Shown piece by piece: positions 1 to 11,100 of a stretch of DNA of 64,000 bases. Source of the DNA: Lytechinus pictus (lineage: Eukaryota); contig NC_087245.1 in the NCBI RefSeq assembly GCF_037042905.1, positions 34,970,001 through 35,034,000 of the forward strand, written 5' to 3'. Made by a program: the position numbers and the translations under genes. The notes beneath the pieces were generated by a model. The model saw only the letters and a program-made list of their open reading frames with translations. It did not search any database and had not been told where the DNA came from. Numbering within the stretch: position 1 is the stretch's first letter; each line of letters begins with the position of its first letter.

Positions 1-544
1 ACGGCACGCTATTATAGGCCTAGATCCACGTCAAACTGCACTGTAATACGATGGCGATCGATCTGGACTTCATATTAGACCAAAAAGGCAAAAAAAAACA
101 AAAAAACTTTGGTCTCTGTCATTGTTCCGCTGGACTCCGTTGCCTCCACTAACCAATTGAGAAATAAGAAATTGAAAAAAAATGTGTAAAACCCCCTCGA
201 AAAAGCCGGCTGCTGCGCGCAGCTGTCTAAAAAGGTTAAAACTTCATCACGTTGCAGTGCACCTACCGCACGGTACCGTACATTGACGGAGTTTGAACTT
301 CTCGATACGGTACGATGCTGCAGGCGCAGTCGAGCTAGCTCGCATGCAGGCAGCGCTAACGTTAGTCCGAACCTAAGTTGGTAAATATTAACAAATAAGT
401 AATGACAATGTTCGTTGTCAACACCTCATTGCTAAGAAATTCAAGTTCATGCTGCTGATACATGATTTTAGGGTTGAGTTCTGCTTCCTAACTCATGTGA
501 TGCAATGACGACATTTCATATGGCCCTAGCAGACGAAACTCTCA

Positions 545-836
545 AATACGGCACTGAGCATGCTCAGTACTGCTTTATTACACTGAGCATGCTCAGTGCA
601 GTGTTATAATAGTATGCTAGCTTCAGTCCATGATTTAATCCATGGACTAAAGTTATGACCGGGGTATAACTCAGCCGTGGGTTAAATTTAGCACCGGGTG
701 CTAAAGTTAGTCCATGGATTAGTTAGTCCACCGTTTGTGAATAGCGCGGTGGACTAACTTTATACCCCGGTATTAGTTAACCCCCGACTAAATTTAACCC
801 CGGTATAACTTTAGTCGACCTTTGTGAATTCGGGCC
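545..836. mobile_element. Palindrome-rich end of a Harbinger-like element
   Basis: Ends CTTTGTGAATTCGGGCC (related end at 2157-2172). Repeated AGTCCATG/CATGGACT and CCGGGGTATAA/TTATACCCCGG units. Confidence 0.55.
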
Positions 837-1760
837 ATAATATACATTCAAAATCAGTGCATGGACCATTATGATGATTCTTTTGTTTCTCATATTGTAG
901 ATAGTATTTCTTTCTCATTTTTTCCACTAAGATGGCCAAGTTCTTTATACATTTGTTGCAAATTTTTCATTTATTGTTAAAAGGGTTAAGCCGACTGTGA
1001 TGGTTATTCTTCCATGCTAAAAGAAAGATTTTAATAGCTGTATTACAAATCCATGTATGATCTCTATGTGAATGGATTCTTTCATTTTGTGGCTTCAAAT
1101 GTATGCTGTGGCTTGTGACTCAATTCAAAGTGAACAAATGTGCACAACCACATGTATGGCAATCACGTCTCACAATTCAAGTACTACATGTGTATCATTC
1201 ATGCTGCCTTTTTGCAAAAGCTTTCACTTTCTTTTTAATATAACTCTGAGTCTGAATAGTATAATGTGAAAGTATGAGATTGCAATATGGTAGTACAGGA
1301 TACCTGTGTGTGGATTGCTATGGGAACTGCCGGGGGGGGGGGGGGGGGGGGGGCTCAACTACATTGCTGTACACACACATGACCAAATAAACATGTAAAA
1401 AGGGCATTTTTTAGTCTGCTGGGCAAACCCTTCACTCGAGTAAAGGGTCTGAATTGCAGCCTGCTCATGCCTTGTGTACTGAAGGCCCTCTCGCTCTGAA
1501 CTGAAACAGCAAGTTTTGTATGTGCTAGTCTTTGCATGGAGACACACTTCTTGATCAAAGTTTCAATCAGGGTCTGTGCCTGCAGACTAGGCATTTTTTG
1601 CTGATCATGGCACATCACATGCTTAACTTTTTTTCAGGTTATTCTTGTTTAGGGGGCAAATGAGGAGAAAATTTGAATTTTTTCATATTTCATATAATAA
1701 AATACAAAAGAAATAGTGAGTGAGTGATGTCATCAGTTCCCTCATTTGCATACAGACCAG

Positions 1761-1917
1761 GGGAGTGTTTCATCAACATTTTTGTCCGACAAGTTGTCAG
1801 ATCTGACATCTTTCCTTGATGTTGATTGGCTAAGAAGCACTGTTACTATGGCAACTGTCGGATAAAACAGGACTTGTCGGATAAAACGTGTGACAAGTCC
1901 TTTCATGAAACGCTCCC
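1761..1917. mobile_element. PIF/Harbinger-type MITE (CAG TSD)
   Basis: TIR GGGAG(T/C)GTTTCAT / ATGAAACGCTCCC, CAG TSD. Nested in an older repeat (~1690-2070) related to 38852-39864. Confidence 0.85.
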
Positions 1918-3079
1918 CAGGATGTGCATATTTTATGAAAATAAGCGAAACTTAAACATTTCATAACTTTCTTATTTTACATCCAATTTTGACGAAATTT
2001 TCAGAGTTATGCTTGTTGGATTTTTCTCTTTTCATTCAAATCAACTTTTTGTTGGGATGGGACTTGTCCTATATGTTTTTAATATACATGGTAAAGAAGC
2101 AAAATTAATTAAATCTGCATAAACCATGGGTTCAACTGATGGTTTTCAAAACCACCTTTGTGAATTTGGGCCTTGAGGTTCTACTTAGGCTCTAATAAAA
2201 TTTAAGTTTCAATTTGTTTTCTTTCAAGAGGAATTTCAGATTTGAAAAGGGAGTATATGGGACCATTACAAACACTCATGGTTTAAAAATAAAAAATTTT
2301 TACCAATTTTTATGGATATTCTAGGGCCTCATTCAAATTCATTCCCAGTTTTCCATTTATTTTGAGGATTCAGTTGAGATCAATTCTTTTAATGTTTACC
2401 GGGTCAAGTTTAAGTTTTGCATATAAAACATGATTATTAGAGTAGGGGTTAGTACCTTTCTCTAATATTTAGTGCCACAATGACACCAGTTAAATTTCTT
2501 TGAAGATCTGACAAATTCATCTCAACGAATGAAGCAATACAAGCAGTCCAATTTCTTATCTCAAGAGGTGTTGTTTGCAGTGCATAATTTGAAATTATTC
2601 TTTGCACTATTAAGATATTAATCCAAAGTTCACTTGATACCAGTTTCAATTGATCATGATTTGGTATCGGCAATCCTCAATTAAATAGTTAATCATGAAC
2701 CAATAGAAGATACATTGTAGAATGACTAGCTATTTATTTTGATTATTATTATTCATTAGTATATAAATCAACAGATTTAATCTGAAAGGGTTGGTTAACA
2801 TATAGAATATATACAAATGATATCAATCATAAGTTTTAAATCATAAAAGAATGTATTTAATTATATATCAAAATATGAAATTAAATACATTCTTGTTTTG
2901 TAGAAAAATGTATATGAAAAATATTAAATCTCTTAAATTGTAGGGCCTAACATAATAGGAAAATATGTGGCAAAATCAATTTGGGGTTTTCCCCCAAATG
3001 TTATATGATATTCCATAATTCATCAGCTTGAATAAATCTGAAAAGGGAATGTCAACTCTAGAATCTTAGTAATTATACG

Positions 3080-3432
3080 GTTACCCCACCAAACGAAGTT
3101 TGAATGAGGTATATACGAATCAGTGTATGGTCGGGCGGTCAGTTGGTTCGTTGCAAATCTTGCGCATCGAACTACTTCCTCAGTTTTTAACCAATTCTTA
3201 TGAAACTGTAACTGTAACATTGTAACATTATATGTCCAAAAAATAAGCAAAAATCTTGCATTTTTAACTGCTTCATCTGTTTTTAACCAATTCTCATGAT
3301 ATTTAGCTCACACATTTTTCTTCGGGTAGAACTAGCAAGACAAGACATATTTTTTTTTACATGTGTTGGAAACTGTTGCCATGGTATTAGCATACGACGG
3401 GGTTATTAATCACCTTCAGTGATAGTTCTAGT
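3080..3432 (+). mobile_element. Short copy of the second HINE-like family
   Basis: Shares the CCCC...AAGTTTGAA..GGTAT head and AACTAC.TCCTCA.TTTTAACCAATTC unit with 57943-58590; ends TTCTAGTT. Confidence 0.55.
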
Positions 3433-4310
3433 TTTTTTATACTCGAGCAGAATCAAGTATTGGCAATTTTTTTTCTCTATATTGCTATCTTGTTTTCTAG
3501 TTGAAGGAAGAAATAAAAGAAATGAAAATTTAGGAGTTAGGAGTAAATATGAATGAATAAGTCAGAAAAAATAGTTCTTTTAACACCTTCAATTAAAATC
3601 AGTTTGATTTGCTTTAAAGTTATCATCCAATTCCGTCAATAGGTAAAACCGATTTTCACAAACACTCCCTATTTAATGATTACATTTTAATAATTTCAAA
3701 ATATAGTTTACACACATGAAGGGTGGAGTTGCCTGGAAATTCTTAAGTCCAAAAGTATTGTGATAAGGAAGATCAGTCTTGATTGAATAGTTCACCACCA
3801 AATTTAATCTTAGTGGTTCATTAACTGAAGAGCATTGCCTCCATGTTATACAGGTGGTTCCTTTAAATTAAAACCAGTGGGATGGTGGTTATTTTAAGGC
3901 CCTGTCGCACCCTTCTGTGCCAGCCTTGTGGGTGCGTTGTGGGCAATCACCCGCAACAAAGTTTTGAGCATGTTCAAAAGGTTATTGCGTGCGAATTAGA
4001 CTCGCGCTTCTGCGAGCAACTGCGTGGAAGATACGTGCTAAGATTCTGTCAAAGCAGAAGACCTGCGGATAGCATAAATAGTCACTCGCAAGTCACATAC
4101 AAGGCTTGTACAGAACGATGTGACATCGTCTTTAGTTGAGTGTAATATAAATGATAATCATTGAGTAGAGTAAGGTGTCTGCTGCCCTCAAGCAGTACTT
4201 GGCTTTGCCTAAGGTGACTAATACATGAATATATGTCATGAGACATACTTTGCAGACATGAATACTGGTAGCTTAGATACCAAAAGTGACTCTGTGGGGG
4301 AACTTTGCCC

Positions 4311-4795
4311 CAGGGGTGCCAGTCAAATATATTGCTGTACACATGCGTGACCAAAAAAAAAAAAATTAAAGGGGTGTTTTTTTCAGTTTTGGACACGGCC
4401 GTGCATGCACTCGTTACGGGTATCAAAAACACTGATTTAAAAAAAAGGTGGTTTTGAAAGATTGGTCAATGGTCAATCGCAGGGTCAAACGTATTTAGGG
4501 TTTTTTTTTTCCAACGCTTTTCTGTTTTAAGACTAGCCAAATGTGTTTAGGGTATGTTTTTTCCCCAAGCTTTTTCACCGGGGCTTTTTCCTCGTTTCTG
4601 AAAAGTGTTCGGGCCCGAGACAAAACTTGTTTAGGGGTCATATTCTGGCAACGACTTGTTTAGGGGCCAAAATGTGTAAATGAAGCCCGCAAAAAAATTG
4701 TTTAGGGGTTATTTTTGCACTCAGAGAAAAACTCTTTTAGGGGGCGTTTGGAAATAATTTGGTCGGCATGTGTACAGCAATACATTTGACTGGAG
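4311..4795. mobile_element. MITE with ~28-bp TIRs and internal TTGTTTAGGGG repeats
   Basis: CCAGTCAAATATATTGCTGTACACATGC / GCATGTGTACAGCAATACATTTGACTGG. Confidence 0.7.
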
Positions 4796-4974
4796 AGGCA
4801 TTACTATGACCAATTTGTGCACGTGTACAAAAAAATAAAAGCAGCAAGTCACATCTAACAAATTTCTCACATGCAAGGGGGGAGGTGGGTGGGGGATTTT
4901 AACCAAAAAGGCATGATTTACTGTGTATTTTCTTCTATCACCATGCATGCCAAGATAGTGTTTCCTCTGATATT

Positions 4975-5401
4975 AGGTGATTTCAAACCGCCTCGATCAC
5001 ACAAATCCCCGTTAAATTGCGAGAATTTTTTCAGTCTAAAAAATACCCAACAATTATTCTGCATTCACTCTGCCCTGAAACACATACTTCGGGGAAAGTT
5101 CTCGAGGTTACGAGCATGCACAGTATGGTTTGATAAGCATGCAAGGCGCAAGATTCAAAATTGCAATCTCAGCAGCCACCCACACACTGCCAAAATACCT
5201 GCGACCTAGGTAAAAATCCCCGCGGAAGTTCTCGTAATTTTGACAAGTGCCTACAATTTATTTTCTTTCTTTGATTTTACACGTAATTTGCTTTCACACT
5301 GCCAAAATTATCTGGTATTTTCTTACTGGGGTAGATCGGGCAAATTTCCCTATTAGAAAATAAGTGGAACTGACAAACTTTGAGGCGGTCTGAAACCACC
5401 T
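4975..5401. mobile_element. Harbinger-like MITE
   Basis: AGGTGATTTCAAACCGCCTC ... GAGGCGGTCTGAAACCACCT. Confidence 0.7.
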
Positions 5402-7737
5402 GTAGATAGTGTTGTTGTTAACTCTACAGACAGGCTACTGTCACAATAGAAAAGCTTCCTGAATATCTTAACACCAGGAAAGAATTTCTTAGCTGTGTTT
5501 ACCTGTAATAAATACATCATTCTGGGTATGCTGTAACAGCAAGCTCAACTGTTTTACATGCGCTGTGCAGTTAACTACATTGACTAGAAACAAACAATCA
5601 TTTTGTTATGGATGCATCAGATCCAAGATAAATCTAACAACAGAGTTTACAGTCCACTGGATTCTTATTCTTTATCTTGCTGTACAATAGAAATTGTTAT
5701 CTGTCTAGTATCAGCTTCAACCTATAAAACAAGAGTATGTTGTCGTCGTGGTTCTTCAAGCACTCGATGTTCATGGAGATAGGACTAACAGGTATATCCA
5801 AAAAATATTAAAGGATCAATATTTTTGTGTATTGTTCAAGATTTTTCATGTGATACAGCTTTGTTTGTTGAAGAACACTTAATAAAGGCTCATTCTCTTC
5901 TCTTTTTTTGTTGTTGTTGATAACTACTCTTCAGCGTAACATCCAAATTTGGGGAAATTAGTCACTGATAACAAAGCAGTCATGGGTCCGTGGACTCATG
6001 CCCATGATTCTTTTGTGTGGTTTTCTGGTCTGTAGTCCAGTTCTATTACTTGTTTCGATGAGAGATCAGTTTCATTCTGGATATTGTCACAGGCATGTCT
6101 GGTGTTCCTTACAGGTGTGAAATGTGTGTAAACCTGATGGAAAGTCGAAGAAGGACATTGTTAATTTTCTTAATTGATCGCCTTCAGAGTTTTGTGGAGC
6201 TTCCTCTTATTCATTGGCTTCAAAATGAACTGTATTTATAAATTGTACATATTTTCTTAATGGAGTTCAGGATATAGGCTTAGAGAAAGCTGTGTATCTA
6301 TTTGTCAAATGCAACTAGATTTTGAGCCAATCAGACACATGTATTTAAAACTTGTGCTTGATTTTTTTTAAAATTGAGTTTAAATGCAACTCTTTCTGCA
6401 ACGGAACCCTGCAATCACATCTTTATAGTCAAAGTGAAATGGATCATTTGACGGTGTCTTTCTGTGACATCCTAGACAAGTGCAAAGGGGTGTGTTGTAC
6501 TTGACCTATGGCATATGACACATGGGGAAAAGAGGTTTTCCTAATTTCTTAGAATATTGAGGATTGTGTTTTAGATTTTGGTTGTTTTTTTCACAGAAAG
6601 GATTAAACTATTTAAAGACATTTTAACAATTTTTGGGAAACATACTTACTCATATTGAGACCTGATAAACTGGTGTTAAGTTGGTAACATATATCTGTTT
6701 GTATCTCAGGATTGTCTTTGAAGACAACTGTTCTTTGAGCTCTACATACCTGAACTATTTCAGCAGTAAAAGGTTGTCAAGACTTTGTTTAAAGATTTGT
6801 TCTTTTGTTTGTCTGTTAAAAATGAATTATCATCTTCCATGGACTGAAATTCATTCTGGAGGACAACTTGAAGCACTTATTGACAGCCGTCCAAAGTCTT
6901 AGATGTTTATCAAGTTCAGTGGCATTTGGTTGTTGACAATTCTAACCAGAAGAATAATATTGACTGAATCTGTATTCTGCATTGGTGGAATAATTTGTTG
7001 CTTCACGCTTCATTTGCAAATCTTAAGAATTTTTCATCGCTTGAAAGAAAGAAAAAAAAAATCCTATCCTTTGAATAGAATGTTTTATTGTTTTTACAAT
7101 CCATGTTTTGAATAAAAGAAAGCAGTGGTGTGAAAGATAAAAGATACCTACAGTAATTACTGCTTTGGATAGCAACCTTTCAAATTTTATTGCCATGGAA
7201 ACGGGTGAACGCAGCATAAAATATGTAGCATAGATAATGGAAATTATGCTGATATTGAATGCTTGCTCTCCATCTGTCTGTATTATAGACTGCAGTGACA
7301 GTGCCATGGGGATTGTTGGCTACTATATTACTGTGATGCTAATTGACATAGTGGATGTGTACGTGTAGCCGTCCTTTAATGATGTGATGCAAATTAAGCC
7401 TTGGATTTGGAAGAAAATGCTTGATAGGGGTTAGGTGATGCCCTGAGAAATATTCTGTAAGGCATTGTGATATTTTCTTCGACAAACCTGCGACCATGAT
7501 ATGGATTTCATTCAGATTCTACCTCTAGAAGTGCTGGCTTGATGCATCAAGAAGTGAATGAAGAGTTGAGGCTTCCAAGCTTGAATAGCTATTAAATACT
7601 TTGAGGAATCATGATGCTATCCACTACTTTAAAACTTGTAGCCGTGTTAGGATGAGATTTTGGCTTGATCAGACTGTACTTTAATACGTCATTACAAGTT
7701 ACTTTTCAAACACTCAACATACTTCCGATGTCTCTCT

Positions 7738-8166
7738 ATGACTAACACCAATCAGATGATGGTCATCACCGACCTGCCAGAGGATGCGGTCCCTGCTACC
7801 ATGGCAACCGGGGACTCCCCCTCATCCTCGCCCTCCTCTTCTTTACCCCGGACGGCTTCTCTCCCCCGCTACAGCCCGTCCAAGCTGGAGCGCAAGAACT
7901 CACTACCCATGTCCATCGTGAATTCTCTCCTCATGTACAGGAAGAAGCCACAACCAGAGGCTAAACCAGATAGTAAGAAGGGCACCGCATCCAGGACCAA
8001 ATCGGACGGGAGCGACAACGAGGGCACCATGCCTTCTTTCTCCGTTTCCGGTAGCAACAGGGAGGAGGCCAAGTCCTCTGCCAAGAGGTTGTCGGCATCG
8101 AGAACGAAGGACGAAGAGGGCAGGAGTGCTCTGGATGATTGCGAGTCAGTGACGCTAGGTAGAGAG
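7738..8166 (+). CDS. TMCC: TMCC putative first coding exon (Ser/Pro-rich N-terminus)
   Basis: GC-rich ORF ending at a GAG|GTAAGA phase-0 donor compatible with the exon at 12521. No recognisable domain. Confidence 0.7.
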
Positions 8167-11100
8167 GTAAGAAATAAAATGATCCTTGAACATATGGCTT
8201 GTTATTGTAGGTTTGGGCATGGTGGTCTCTTCATGGGGAAGGTGAGTGTTTAACACACCACCACCATAAGACGCATCATTCTCTTGGAAGGTACTACTAA
8301 ATTCATCATTGAATTATATTCTTTTCTTTTAAAGATATGGAAAAAATTAATGCCTTTACCCCTCAGTCCCCTCAGTTATCTCACCCATAATAAAAAGCAC
8401 AACAATTGGGAATATTGGTAGTGCACTTTGGTGCATCAATTAAACAAAGGTAAAACATAAAACATGGGAACATTTTAAAGTTTGGAGGCCTATGGGTCAT
8501 ATACTTGAACCCATGTCTTACACTACAGTTTGAGCAAGTTAAACCCTTTAACTGTCACAAAGTTGACAAGTAAGTAAGTGATCTGTGTTTAAGCCCAGAT
8601 ATACATTTAGTAGTTCATGGGCAATGCACCCACTAAGAAACTCAAAGCATTGTAGAACTCCATTGATTGATAAGTCCTTTACTTGGATCTGATTAAAAAG
8701 CTCTTGAGATGATTTCCTCTACTGGTAAGATAACAAAAGCAATGAGCATGTCATGGCAACTCCTATCTTGTTTATGGATTGCTAATTGGAAATGCAGGCA
8801 CTGGTTAAACGCAACCACCATAAACATCTGTAGTAAAATCACCATATATGACAATTACAGTGAACTATCGAAGTTTGTATTAGCCTTTTGACAAGGCTTT
8901 GTGACTTCCCTATATTCTTACTCGAGTAGTGGCTGAAACAAGCATTTGAAGAGGGGAGAATTGGAAACCAGGGTGCCGTTTCATAAAGCTGTTCGTAAAT
9001 TAAGAGCGACTTTAAGAATGACTGGTGAACCTGTCTTACGCGCTGAACCATCACCAATGAATATACCATTTTGCACAAGAAAGGATCACCTGTCATTCTC
9101 AAAGTCGCTCTTAACTTACAAGCAGCTTTATGAAACACCCACCCGGATGAACGCAAGATCAAGGCCTTTCAGAACCTGTCATTCACTGCTTGCTATGCCC
9201 ATGTGCCAATCCACATTTTTGGTTCTACGGTACAAGTTTCAATGATGCGAACGAAACATTCGCTGATTGGCCGCTTCTTCCCAGGTAGTGGATTTCAAGG
9301 CGGGAACAACAGTCAATATAGAAAAAAATAATAATTGGCATACATATAGCGCTTTATCAATCTACGACTGCTCAAAGCGCTTCACAACTATTATTACCCG
9401 GCCACTGGATTCATAGCATTTCAAGCAGCCTGTTAGGCGCCCACGTGCTCAACCAACCACAAGGACGGTTGTTTCCTACCGGTACCCAATTAGCACCTGG
9501 GTGAGAGTTGCAAAGTGTGGATTGACACCTTGCCAAAGAACGCTAGGCCATGGTGGGATTCGAACACATGACCCTCTAATTACAAGGCGAGAGTCAGAAC
9601 TGCTACACTACGACACTTCCAAAATCCAAGTCAGGTTCCTAAATGCCCCGTAAATGGCTCGTTCATGCAGATTTGAGTAATTATAGTCGCTTGGTTTATG
9701 ATATATATGCGTCATTATCAGAAACGGGGCTTTGTCTAAAGTCTAATGTATAATTAGCTTTGGAGCTGCCCCCACAGCTTTTTTAAATGTTTGAAATGCC
9801 CCCACCCTAGTTAGTATGAAACTCCGGTGGGTAGAAAAAGGGGGTTGAGAAGGCTGCTACTACAATATTATAGATTATTACAATTTCAGTTAACCAGATA
9901 ATGAAAGATTAATTCCTCAGCTAATATTTTAAAATTTTACTCGTAATTCTGACACCATGCAGGCATGGATGACGTATACGTATTGAGAAATTTAGAGCAA
10001 TTGATGTGGAATTATTTGATAGTTAATTAACAGTTTTAAATAGAAGGTTCAAGTCATTCTTATTTCAATTCTGAGTAGAAATTGAGAGATAAAGAAGGTA
10101 TGGAAATATAAATATATATGTATTACCCAGGCTTTAGATTTAATTATGAAAACTATCATGGAAACAGGAAATAGGTTATATGTTGACTTGTTGACTTCAT
10201 ATTCTTGAATCTTGACTCTGAATTTCCTTGATACTGCAAATTACAGATATCATACAATCAAATGGAATACACATGGATGCATTTCCTAGTCTGTGCCTAC
10301 ATATGCAACCCAACTACAGATTCATACAGTAGATATTCCTCTTTATTAAATGATATTTATTTTAGAACTACAGATTCATACAGTAGATATTCCTCTTTAT
10401 TAAATGATATTTATTTTAGAACTACAGATTCATACAGTAGATATTCCTCTTTATTAAATGATATTTATTTTGGAACTACAGATTCATACAGCAGATATTC
10501 CTCTTTATTAAATGATATTTATTTTAGAACTACAGATTCATACAGTAGATATTCCTCTTTATTAAATGATATTTATTTTAGAACTACAGATTCATACAGT
10601 AGATATTCCTCTTTATTAAATGATATTTATTTCAAAGGCAAACAAAAGCAATGAACTTCCTCGAATTATATGAGGATTTTTTCAATTATTATTTCATGTA
10701 GGTATTTAAGATGGATAAGCTGAATTTTTCCTAATGAAAGAAGCATTGTTTGCAAAATATTTGATGATTCAGTCTCCTGATTAAGTGCAATGTACATAAT
10801 ATTTACAATAACTCAGGCATGAGGAAGTACTGAGAATAATGTTTGTGGAGGCATTCATGGCTATATATCATTTTCATTAAAAACAAGTGAGTAATGCTAG
10901 AATATTTCTAAGCAGGTGTCAAAGTCCAAACCTTTGTTTTTATTTTGCTTTCTTTCCATCTGAAGTGATTTAATTACAGGAAGAAAAAAGAGACTAGTGC
11001 AGAAAACAATTCAAATTCAGAAGGAGGTCTATGCCATTTGGTATGGGTGGTTTACAATCCTGGATTTGTAAACATCTTTTCTTTTGGCTCACTGCATGGA

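Noticed and set aside
5737..5791. Alternative TMCC first coding exon (MLSSWFFKHSMF.. CAG|GTATAT)
   Set aside because: Phase 1 donor is incompatible with the phase-0 exon at 12521, and there is no other support.
8839..9245. Similar peptides on opposite strands ([13 protein letters not shown])
   Set aside because: A consequence of the hairpin MITE at 8971-9144.
10262..10654. ORF of repeated [18 protein letters not shown] / possible CRISPR array
   Set aside because: Head-to-tail 54-bp minisatellite without spacers, in a eukaryotic intron; the ORF is a by-product.
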